Assembly: GCA_012295275.1 (NCBI GenBank)
Contig: CM022669.1
Location: 17,732,001 to 17,796,000 of the forward strand
Direction: 5' to 3'
Source of the DNA: Chrysomallon squamiferum
Taxonomy: Eukaryota > Animalia > Mollusca
Length of the DNA stretch: 64,000 nt
A model generated the notes under the pieces. That model was given only the letters and a program-made list of their open reading frames with translations, made no database searches and was not told where the DNA came from. Each line of letters starts with the position of its first letter. Position 1 is the stretch's first letter. Both the position numbers and the translations under genes were made by a program. This document shows, piece after piece, positions 1 through 11,258 of the stretch.

Positions 1-1107
1 TACTACTACTACTAATAATAATAAACAATAGTGGTACTGGTGGCAATAGTAATAGTACTAATAGTAACAGGAGTAGTAGTGGTAATAGTGGTAGTTACAG
101 TGATAGTAGTAGTAATAGTAGTAATCATAATCAAATCATAAAAGTATTAACAGAACAGCAATGAAATACAAAATATAATTTAAAAGTTTAACCTAACCAC
201 GTGATACATTTTTATAATGATTTGATAGGGATTTGATATATATATATTACAAATCAAATTGTTACAAAATAATAACTAGTGTCTGTGCCCACCCGGAATG
301 TGTGTTTTGTTTGAATACTTTGTCAAACAAAATTTCAGTGATATCGTTCAGTTTAATATCCAGTACTATTTTCGTCTAGTGGAAAATTTTATTTCATTTT
401 ATTGTTATTATTGTGTTTTTTTCTTAAAGAAAAATAAATTAAATTATATTTATGATGATGCGAACAAATTGTCGAAATGCGGATTATGTACTTGCAATTG
501 TTTTTTGCTTTTTTTTTGTTTGTTTTTTCTTCTTTTATCTATGACGGTGTAGGCAAATATCGTAAATTATTTTGGCATATTTTCAAATGATTGTTATAGT
601 TCTTTTTATATAAGTATCTAATGATAAAAATGTATAGAATGACAGTAAAGAATCTCCTGTTTATATATATTTTAATAAATAATAGGAATGACCATTGATA
701 TAAGAACTATTTTTCTTGGTTAAAATTATTATTTTAAGTTTAAAAATTACAGGGGCAAAGTGTGTAGCCGTGTTCAGAATACTCCAGTGATCTGTAAAAG
801 TGTTATATATAACTTAGGTACCATGGAATCAATGGCTTTACACATTATTTACATTCGGAAAAAAAGATGAAATATCTTGCATACTGGCCACATACATAAC
901 TATTTTTTTAAATATGTTAATTATTTTATTATATTTTAATTTATTATTATTTTTTTTAATTTTAATTTTATTTTTTTTTAAATTTAAAAAAAAGAAAAGT
1001 TTATACACACACAAACATATAGATAGAAAGATAGATATAGATATATACATACATACATATAGTTACATATATATATATATTTATACTGAAGAAAGGAAAG
1101 AAGATGG

Positions 1108-1290
1108 ACGGAGAAAGAAAATGTTTATTAAATCACGCCCTACGGTTATAATTATGGTCAACTATGTGATTAGAAATCACATCGACAATGAGAAAGGAAA
1201 GTTAACCCGGAAACCATGGGCACGGTACTGAGCTCATGGTTTAGTGAGAAATAGCCCAGCAGGACCACTAGCGAGTACTGATCCTTTGTA
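1108..1290. mobile_element. Degenerate SINE-like interspersed repeat remnant
   Basis: Shares blocks with 6105-6375 (tttaatcacg..., gaaaggaaa...) and gaaatagccc is the reverse complement of ggctatttt at about 33523. Confidence 0.35.
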
Positions 1291-1627
1291 GTAATCCAGT
1301 GCACGTTAAAGCATATGTAGTCACACTTACAGACACAGAAAGAAAAAAACTATTGACAATTTATCATTTATAATTTTAAACAAGTGTATGTACATTTATT
1401 AACAGACGTACATTTATTAACATACATACATAATAAATACATTTATACATATATACACGCATATATATATTTACACATACATACATACATACATACATAC
1501 ATACATACATACATTCATACATACATACATACATGCATACATACATATATACATACATACATACATATACATGTATACAAATATAAACACATACACAAAC
1601 AGACAGACCCACGCGTACCACTACAGT

Positions 1628-1810
1628 TCAGGTTCCAATGAGAAGATCCTGAACTTTGGACCAAGCTGTATCTGTTTCTGATGTAAGTTCTCTGTATGTC
1701 ATTTTATACGTCATCTTTATGTTTAAGACTCCGCTGCCTACAATGTATGCAGGCTTCTCCGCTTTTCCGCTGTACAAATACTTCATTTTACCCAATATCT
1801 TCAGAATATC
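1628..1810 (-). CDS. Cyclophilin, duplicated alternative terminal coding exon (exon 5B), or orphan exon of a decayed paralog
   Basis: Acceptor tatgttccag| then phase-0 ORF DILKILGKMKYLYSGKAEKPAYIVGSGVLNIKMTYKMTYRELTSETDTAWSKVQDLLIGT*, which aligns by eye with exon 5A (DTLRVIGELKTKESRPLKNAKIVSSGTLDLLRKYKLSKEELESVTDT); same phase as the exon 4 donor. Confidence 0.7.
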   Translation of the reverse strand, partial: DILKILGKMKYLYSGKAEKPAYIVGSGVLNIKMTYKMTYRELTSETDTAWSKVQDLLIGT

Positions 1811-2630
1811 CTGGAACATAATAACAGTAATATTTTTAATATCATTATCATTCTTATCGTCATCAACATCATCATGATCATTGTCATCATCAACATCATC
1901 ATCGATATTATTATTACAATAATCATTATTATTGCTGTTGTTGTAGTTGTTGCTGTTGTTACTGTTACTGCAACAGTAGTAACACTAGTAGCAGTCGTTT
2001 TTGTTGTAATTAATGTAGCAGCTATAGAAGCAGTAATATCCGTAATAGTAGCTACTGTTATTATAATAGTAGTCGTTGTTGTAGTAGCAGCAGTAGAAGA
2101 AGAAGAAGACGAAATAGTATCAGTGATATAGGTGGATATAAAAGTAGTAATAATAGCTATAGCAGACGTAACAATAGTAACAGTTACATAACCAATGTTG
2201 GAAACTATGCTAATATTAGAAGTAATAATAACGACAATAGTAGTTGAATCAGTAGTTGTCGTGGTAGTATTTAAGCAATAATAACAGTAGTAGTAATAAG
2301 ATTAATAGTAACAATGGCAGCAACACTAATAGTAGTAACTTCAATAGCGGTAAAGATCAGTTATATTTATAATTTATATCTCATAAGTACCCAAAATCTA
2401 GCAACACTATAATGAAGAACGTAGACAGTGGTTGTGTCCCTTGAATTATGTTTAAACTAGCAACATGCCACATCATGAAATGCTATGCCTTATGTATCGA
2501 TATATAATTAAATAGCATTTATTTACTTACCTTAATTTTTTGTTTCATATTGTCTATATCATTTCAGTACAACATGCAATTTATTTATTTATTATTATTA
2601 CTATTATTACTCTTATTACTCTTATTACTC

Positions 2631-2688
<58 letters not shown>

Positions 2689-2836
2689 AGTTCCAAATTT
2701 GTTTCTCCTATCCTTTTTACACATCACTTTTATCATGCACAGATCAGAAGTTATAAAAATAAAAAATTGCAGTAGGATTGTTTATTACCGCAACAATAAT
2801 TTCAAAGATAAAGCAACATTTGCAAATTTTGTATTA

Positions 2837-2877
<41 letters not shown>

Positions 2878-2912
2878 GAAAAGAAAAAAAAAAAAAATGA
2901 AAAGAAAAAGAA

Positions 2913-2948
<36 letters not shown>

Positions 2949-3207
2949 ATTTCACAATAATCTGCATTTCATTCATTCTCATTCCTTGAATAATTGAAAT
3001 GATTGTTCTTAGAGGCGTGCTTAAATCTTATTAAAAAAAAATTCACACTAACAAATCGCACGAACACACATATGCACGTAAATAAAATCTCACCTGTGGT
3101 AATAATTTGGATTTATTATCCATTTCACCTTTTACTACATTTTTGAAATTGTTTTATTTTTTTTTTTTTTTTTTTTTTTTATTATTATTATTTTTCATGT
3201 ATATATA

Positions 3208-3960
3208 CAGGTTTGGCCAAAAAAACAGTTGCACTGAAAATTAATACCTCTTATCTCAAAAGCATTTATTTTGAAACTTTCCAAAAATTTACATGATTAA
3301 ATTTAAATAATTATAATTCCTTTCAAATTACTGTTTCTAGTAGGTTTTACATAAGTCCAAAATCAAAATTAAATATCGAAAATTGCTGTTTCGGGACCCT
3401 CCCAGCGATAAGTAACTGAGTACGCTTTGGCACCTGTCAATCAAGTGTCGTCTGGAAATGCCGTCTGGCTGCGTGTAAATAAAAAAGTTAGTAGGACTGG
3501 AAAAAAGATATGTCAGCCATTTTGGATTCGTTTGCATCACTTTCTCGAGTTCGGATAAGAACTTAATCGCGACTGCTTTCACTGAGGAAGGTTGGCATGG
3601 TGCAAGAATTATAAAAGAAATTCGAGTGGGGTCATCAACAGTTAGAGTGAATAACCAAAAAAATTAATAGAATAATTTAAAAAAATTAAAAAATCTAATT
3701 ACAGGATCTACTGTACACAAGAGAATGTTCACTATGTAGCGGAAGCTATCTGCTCCCACATGGAACTTGAGACTAGAATCAAGAAATAGTTGGAAAACTA
3801 CCACCCTTAAGGAGATTCATAGCTGTATTTCATCATTGAGAAAGTAACTATGACAGTCTTCAGGAAAAATGGAAGACCCATCGATCATCTATCTGTTCAA
3901 ACAGACTAATGGTAAGATGACATTCTTAAATTGCGATTTTCGATATCAAAGTTTGATTTT
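3208..3960 (+). mobile_element. Decayed, internally deleted Tc1/mariner-superfamily DNA transposon
   Basis: TA|CAGGTTTGGCCAAAAAAA terminus; broken transposase-like fragments FSSSDKNLIATAFTEEGWHGARIIKEI (3542-), TGST, ENVHYVAEAICS (3721-) and C-terminal-like NGRPIDHL (3868-); no DDD/E core and right TIR not recognisable. Confidence 0.55.
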
Positions 3961-4689
3961 AGCCACTTGTAAAAAGTGACGCTCTCCATCTCTTTAACCA
4001 TGTACATTTTTATAAGTATTTTTCTCTCTTATTGTTTTTTTTGGGGGGAGTACTCATTCAAAGTGTGTGTGCGTGTGAGGAGTCGTAGGTCTAGGTTATA
4101 GATATAGTAGTATTAGTGGTAAAAGTAGTAGCAATAGGATATATTTAGATAGACAGACACAGCTAGACAGAGAGACAGACAGACAGACACAGATAGACAG
4201 ATAGACAGACAGATAGATAGATAAATAAATAAATAATAATAATAGTAGCAGTAGTTGTAGTAATAGTAGTAGCAGTAATGGTAGTAATGGAAGAAATAAC
4301 AGAGAAGATGAAGATAACTAATAATTTACATTTATTTCGACAATATTTTTACGATTTACAATTTACTTAATGATTCTATCTACTAATTATTTTAATAATT
4401 TAAATAATGAAAAATCTGCATCTTAAATAATTAATATTATATATCAATGGACTCTTTTTCATCAATTAAGTAGTAGTAACAATTAAATAAATAAATAAAT
4501 TAACAAAAATAAAGTGATATATAATTATGATGGCAAAATTATGTATTAAATTATATTACATTAAATACATATAAAATGTTTCATACATTCCACTTTCTAA
4601 CAAACACTTGTGAAGATGGTAAAAGGTTTTTCGTGAAACAAAAATGAAGGAAAACCACCCGTGCGATTTTGGAAAGAATAATTTTTACA

Positions 4690-5110
4690 TAATACACAAA
4701 GCCTTGTAGTTGTGCACATTTCTTCTTTTTAAAATCAGTCTTTTTGTGATGTAGGAAATTTAGGTTTCGGAAGCGAAAGCCAGCTAGCTAAAGCGAGATT
4801 AGGAAAAATAAAAGCAAACTAATATTGTTATATAAAAAACACACAAATTGTTGTGGCCATGTGTACTTCATTTTGCGAAACAAAAATCCTTTCGTGACGT
4901 AGGTAAGTAATTTTTCGGAAGCGAAAGTTGAAGAGCGGATCTATAAAAAGCGAGGCCAAACGTTGTGGAAGTGCATATTTCTGTTATGGAGATGTTAAAT
5001 TATTTCTCGGAAGCAAAAAACCAGGTGGGTGTAGTTGCTCTATATTATAAAAAAACAAATCGTTGTAAGAAGTGTATCTTCATTGATCATTTGTCGAAGG
5101 GGAGACAATT
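4690..5110. repeat. Degenerate tandem repeat in the cyclophilin 3' UTR region
   Basis: tcggaagc at 4767, 4915, 5007; gttgt...gtg.a.. blocks at about 4709, 4850, 4962, 5062. Confidence 0.55.
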
Positions 5111-5207
5111 AATATAACAAGCCAGGAAACTAAAGCGATATATGGGCAGAAATACACAGACAATTTTATACTGATGTCTTGTTATGGAAATTTAAGATAA
5201 ATGTTCG

Positions 5208-5366
5208 TTATAAATCCGCGTCTAAAGTGTCTGTTACGGATTCCAGTTCTTCTTTCGACAGTTTGTATTTTCTTAACAGATCCAAAGTGCCACTGCTGAC
5301 GATCTTTGCATTTTTCAGTGGTCTTGACTCTTTGGTTTTTAACTCTCCTATCACCCTCAATGTGTC
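5208..5366 (-). CDS. PPIB: Cyclophilin (PPIB/PPIC-like) terminal coding exon 5A
   Basis: Acceptor ttttgttttatag|, phase 0, DTLRVIGELKTKESRPLKNAKIVSSGTLDLLRKYKLSKEELESVTDTLDADL*; supplies the last helix and strand of the cyclophilin fold. Confidence 0.88.
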   Translation of the reverse strand, partial: DTLRVIGELKTKESRPLKNAKIVSSGTLDLLRKYKLSKEELESVTDTLDADL

Positions 5367-5429
5367 CTATAAAACAAAAACCCACTTTCTAAGTATGTAG
5401 GCAACAGATATTTCGTTAATATAGTTAAA

Positions 5430-6050
5430 CCATTCGTTATAATGATTCAGCATTGTAACTTGTATAAAAGATTTTATTCAAAATTACTAAAATACTAATT
5501 ATCTATAATAATTCGTTAGAATGATTCAGAATTATTACTTATATATATGATTTTATTCAAAATGACTAAAATACTAATTATATATTTAAATTATTCATTA
5601 TAATGATTCAACATCATATTTTATATACAATATTGTAAACAGACCAAATACACATCCCATCTTAATCAGTGAGGTATTTAAATTATTCATTGGAGTCCTT
5701 ATATACAAAATGTGTCCATAACAAATTTCAGTTAATCTATCTAAATAATCCGTTACCGTTTTATGAGATGTTCTATACAAGTCATTATTAATCAACTTCA
5801 GTTATTAGTTTTAATTATTTCCATTTAAAATTCGTTATAACGATTAAAGATAATATATATATATATATTAAACTTTTCCATTAATCTATTTAATTAGTTT
5901 GTTAGGATTCAAGATTATAAATAATATAGATTTCCATTAATAAAATGTTCAGTATTTAACATTATAAATAATATAGATTTCAATAATCTAATTAAATAAT
6001 GTGTTAGATTACAAGACTATAAATAATATAGATCTATCTAAACAAATGTA
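5430..6050. repeat. Degenerate AT-rich tandem repeat in cyclophilin last intron
   Basis: Recurrent attcgttataatgattca and attttattcaaaat.actaaaatactaattat (about 80-bp period), and ttataaataatatagat. Confidence 0.6.
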
Positions 6051-6104
6051 TTATAAGTCATACTTATATCTCCATCAATAAATCCTGTAAAAGGGAATGA
6101 AGAA

Positions 6105-6375
6105 CAAATATATTATTTAATCACGTATTTACACTTTTTAAAACCTTTTATTATATGGTGTCATACACATGGTTAGGGACCATGGACCTATGATATAAAA
6201 AAAAAAAAAAAAAAAAAAAAGAAGAAGAAGAAAGGAAACCCTCTGCAACCACGCGATGGGCTTTTTTTGTTTTGTTTTGTTTTTGTTTGTTTTTGATTTG
6301 GTGCAACGGTTGTTTTATATGCACCTACTCCAAATCAGGAAAACACATGGCATAAGCCTTTAGGTACTGGCCTTA
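6105..6375. mobile_element. SINE-like interspersed repeat remnant in cyclophilin intron
   Basis: ttatatggtgtcatacacatggttagggacc...gaaaggaaaccctctgcaaccac...ttttatatgcacc...; related pieces at 1108-1290 and 36005-36125; resembles from memory an abundant gastropod SINE, unverified. Confidence 0.45.
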
Positions 6376-6822
6376 ACTTTCATATAAACAAGCCAAAATT
6401 CAGATTTTTAAGAATGCTTAAGTTTTTCAACATATTTTCGATTAAGCCATATTTTTTTTATATGTCTTGACCTGCACTATAAGCAGTCCGTCTGAACACA
6501 AGAATCCACCAATGAGCCAAATGTTAACGTACAATACTTTTTTTTATATTGTACTTAAAACAGGAGTAACTAGATCACAAAATCGGCATTGTCTTTCTTT
6601 TATATTGATTTAATTATCAATTTTTGTTATCGGAAACTTTATATCAAACCTATTTGAAACTATATATATCACTAACTCCGAAAATATGAGAAAATGAAAT
6701 GAATTTTGCTTGTAGGAGTAAGCCCCGAGATTTGTTACATAATCCTTTATGATTCTCGTTTAATAAATTAAAAAATTTCAGCTTCGTAATATATAATAAT
6801 GTTGTAAAATATATCTCATTTA

Positions 6823-6854
<32 letters not shown>

Positions 6855-6932
6855 TCTTTAATATTTGCTCTTTCATTTCCTTCTTGTATTTTTCTTCCTA
6901 TCTTCTCATGTTATAAAAATCACACAACTTAC

Positions 6933-7117
6933 CATGCCTTTGACAACTTTCCCAAACACAACATGGTTTCCGTCAAGCCATCTGGCTTTTGCTAATGTAA
7001 TATAAAACTGGGAACCGTTAGTATCTGGACCATAATTTGCCATGGCAACCATTCCTGGAGCATTATGACTCATTATAAAATCTTCGTCAATAAACTTTGG
7101 TCCAAAGATGCTGGTTC
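6933..7117 (-). CDS. PPIB: Cyclophilin exon 4
   Basis: tttcag| ... |gtaagt; [62 protein letters not shown], the hallmark cyclophilin motifs. Confidence 0.96.
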
Positions 7118-7285
7118 CTGAAATAAATAAGGATTAATTTTGTTTATTTTCAGTTATGAAGTATGTCGAGCGTCATTCTGTCAGGTCCCTGTTACGAATG
7201 AATGTAATAATAATAATGATAATAATAATAATATAATAATAATAAAAAGAGCAAAAGAAAAAGGGAAAGAAGGTCTACAGCTCAC

Positions 7286-7379
7286 CTCCAGTACCGTCCA
7301 TGTATAGCACATCACCCATTTGGATTATGAAGTCTGGAACAACTCGGTGTATAGGGGTCCCTGCATACCTTAGAATATT
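7286..7379 (-). CDS. PPIB: Cyclophilin exon 3
   Basis: ttacag| ... |gtgagc; NILRYAGTPIHRVVPDFIIQMGDVLYMDGTG with the catalytic Arg motif; 94 nt keeps frame with exon 4. Confidence 0.95.
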
Positions 7380-8094
7380 CTGTAAGTTAAAGAAAAAGAA
7401 CTTAAAAAAAAAAAATCCCTGCTTAAAGAAATATTTTTTTATTTTATTTTATTATGTACATGTGTGTGCCCTTGCTTGTATACATATAGATATATTACAG
7501 AGGATGTGTATATCCTTAGTTTTGTATCCATTTTCTCTTCTAACCCTACCATTAACTTATTTTTTATTTTTTATTTTTTAATGATAACATACTACTAAAT
7601 CTGGTAATTGTATGATTGTGGCTGTATAATATGTCAGTATTGTTTTTATTGGCCACATTTACATTAACCCCATGATAAAGACTCAAAAACAGGCATTCTC
7701 GTATGCACACGTGTACAGAAAGAAATGTATATTATGTGTATGTCAATAAATTGACTTCTGAATGGTTGTCAAATATGAACACAGGGAAACACAAAGACCT
7801 GTTTGACTGTAGTGTATATAACAAAACAGCTGTTTCTCTCGTTCTGCTGGAGTCTAAAATTAAACACTGATACGTTTTAACGAAATTATTTCCGTTCTTA
7901 AACAAAATAAATTATTTAGAACATTGATAATGTATTAAAATATATATATATATGTTACAGGTGCTGCTTTTTTTATCATCTGCATCTCTGGTATAAATAA
8001 TTTTGTATACAAACGCATGGTTCTGTCAGGAGTTCATACACACACATACGCATACCTTAAAAGAGATGCAGGGAGACGTCACAGAAGAAAAGAA

Positions 8095-8228
<134 letters not shown>

Positions 8229-8586
8229 ATAATCGTTTTAAAACTTTTCAGATAAGTTTATTTCAGTACATTGCAATCAAATAATCATACAAATTGTATT
8301 GACATACTGTAACATTACCGGATTTCTTTTATTAAATAAATGATGTTGATATCCATGGTCTTCCGTTTCAGTTTTAAGGTACTTTAAACCGAAAATTATT
8401 CAAGTTATGAAACAGGTTTACACACACATACCAACACTAAGACATATATACACGCACAAACAGTTATGTATATATTAACTGAGAAAGGGAGACAGATATA
8501 TTTACACATATATCTGTATCTATATATATTATGTATATATACTAAAAAATAAAAATAAAAGAACATAAAAACATGATTTGACTTAC

Positions 8587-8850
8587 CTGCCCCTTCCTGT
8601 AACCTTTTGCAAGAGTGACAAAGTTAAGAACTGTCATGGGCGCCAAATCTCCGAATACACCAATAATCATGCGTCCTTCGTAAGGTCTTCCGTCCTCATG
8701 ATAATCATCAATTTTCACGTCTAAATAAACCCACTCAGTGATCATCACCTCGCTAGGTGGATCCTTCTCAAGTTCGCTAATTCTGCCAAGATCCTGTGAC
8801 ATTATGGTCACCAACAAGGAAGACGTCAAAAGAAAATGGTAAATATCCAT
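8587..8850 (-). CDS. PPIB: Cyclophilin first coding exon with signal peptide
   Basis: MDIYHFLLTSSLLVTIMS (hydrophobic N-terminus) ... VYLDVKI ... GRMIIGVFGDLAPMTVLNFVTLAKG ... Q|gtaagt; acceptor ccatccag| at 8870 implies an upstream non-coding exon. Confidence 0.93.
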
Positions 8851-9085
8851 TTTGGTATGTCGCAGATATCTGGATGGTGAGAATGAAAGAAATGTGTTGT
8901 TTATCCAACAGCATATTAATTAGTTTTAAACTACTTTTAATAGTTTAACAAACAAACAAATAAAACCGCTCTCATCATTCTAAGGGTAACTCTTTAACGG
9001 TTCCTTAATTTAATGATATTATATCGTTATATAGCGACCGTACTTTGGTTAAAACCAATTATTTATTTATATTTTATGGTTAATT

Positions 9086-9128
<43 letters not shown>

Positions 9129-9501
9129 TAATGAAAATGATGATGATAATGGTTATGATGATTATTATTATTATTATTATTGGTAGCCTGATTAAATATA
9201 TTTTTGTTTCTTATGTTTCTGCTGATCAAACGTATAATATTAAGTTATATTATGAATTAATAATAATAATAATAATAAATAGCAAGTCCAATAAGGCTAA
9301 TATTACAGAAAATTCTGGCAAAATGAAAATTATTTTTTTTTTTTAAACGTTCTAGATCTTATATATTATTTAAATGGCTACAGCAAGTTTATTTTCTGCG
9401 CGTAATTATATTTGTTAACTAAAATAATCATTTAAAACATTCTTTAATTAATTAAAAATTAAAATAAAGTCTTTCTGGTTAATATATAGTAAGCAACTTA
9501 C

Positions 9502-9600
9502 CGAAGACCTCAACGTATAATCACAAGTCATATATCCACGTGCTTCAATCAATGTGAAAATGGATTAAGATTCAAGACACTTTACTACCAGCCAATCAGG
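9502..9600 (-). promoter_or_regulatory. Putative non-coding first exon and promoter of the cyclophilin gene
   Basis: Donor cg|gtaagt at 9501; CCAAT box (agccaatcag) at about 9590-9599; transcription start not determinable. Confidence 0.45.
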
Positions 9601-10294
9601 ATGAAGAAACATGTTACTAAAAATATTCGATCCATTTAGACGCTGACACATGTCGGGCCAAAGTGTACAGGAAACGTGTACAATAAAGGTGCAATCTCAC
9701 TTTTACGATTTATTGTAACAAAATATTTCTTAAAATGAACATTATTCTATGTTAATCTAGATGGAAGTATAGTTATTTATTTTTGCAGAAGATGTCTTAT
9801 GTTTATAATCTATTCTGTTTTGTCAAAGTTGCTGTAAGAAATGAAGTGGTAATCACTGTTGATAGAAATGGTTATTTAGAGATGTGCCATAGAAGCGTGT
9901 CTTTAGTAATATTATAAGAAAACTGATAGAAATTGCTGATGTGGCGTTGCAACCGAATATGAAAGAATCAAATGTTTCTCCAGCTTTTGGCTACATTCAG
10001 GCCACTAAGGAAACATATCTATAGTTTAAAATACACAAAGAATTAACTCTGAGTATTATACTATCATCAGCAGAAACATAACGAGAGGTTTTAGGAAGAT
10101 TTTAAAATCATTACCAACATTTTTTTCTTAATTATGAAAATAAAATTAATGAGAAAAAAATGTTGATAATACGATGTTATTTCGTATAAATAATACTAAA
10201 AAAAAAAAAAAAAAAAAAAAGCAGCAGTGATAGAAGCAATGGATCATCTCTTTGTTACGTAAAGACGTCTATAAAAACTACAGTAATGTTAACA

Positions 10295-10384
<90 letters not shown>

Positions 10385-10429
10385 CAACATCAACAATAAG
10401 AAGAAAAACAACGCAGTCACACGAAATTA

Positions 10430-10435
10430 TTTATT
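10430..10435 (-). terminator. Candidate polyadenylation signal of the ADAMTSL gene
   Basis: AATAAA on the minus strand about 2.6 kb after the stop codon; other AATAAA hexamers exist in this AT-rich UTR, so the assignment is tentative. Confidence 0.3.
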
Positions 10436-10959
10436 GACATAGAAATAGACTTGGATACAGTGCGATATGACAACTGATTTACAACGTTGACAAGAATACA
10501 AAAATAATTTAAGTGACATAATTATTGTTTTAAATGAAATACGCTTTTATTAAAATCTTTAGTATATGAATCTGACCAAAGCCTTTGCAATGATTACAGC
10601 GGAATTTTGATAATTGTTTCAAATGCTGTACTGATTATAAAAAGCAAATCAGTTTCGCTGATTGAGATTAATACAGCTACGTCAATCATTAAGAATTAAA
10701 TAATTAAAGATAAAATATCCAGTATATATATAATTATATTACATATATATTTCAAGACATTATATCGATAATTTTACTTTTCTTTGAAAGATCTCACATC
10801 ATAATCTTATTTTTGACTTTAAAATTTGAAACCATTAAAGGTTTTAAAGGTTTTGCATCAACTTTTTCCTGTAAATGATTGGAAATTAAAGATATTATAT
10901 TCAGAATATAATTTAAATTCTGCAGCTAAATTTATTTATAATTAAAACATTTTATTAGA

Positions 10960-10991
<32 letters not shown>

Positions 10992-11101
10992 TTAAGGGTT
11001 ATTTTGCTTGATTAAATAAAAGAACAGCTGCGCAATTTTCTGCGAGAGTTCAATAAAACATCAAAAAGCAGCTGGAGATAAAAGACAAAAGAATGTCAAA
11101 A

Positions 11102-11104
<3 letters not shown>

Positions 11105-11197
<93 letters not shown>

Positions 11198-11223
11198 CAA
11201 TAATAATATTATTATTATTATTA

Positions 11224-11258
<35 letters not shown>
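11105..11258. repeat. (AAT)n immediately followed by (ATT)n
   Basis: Direct reading; switch point at about 11207. Confidence 0.95.

Noticed and set aside
1628-1630. Selenocysteine or read-through at the exon 5B TGA
   Set aside because: Context is TGA-ACT rather than TGA-CTA, downstream sequence is microsatellite and no SECIS is recognisable
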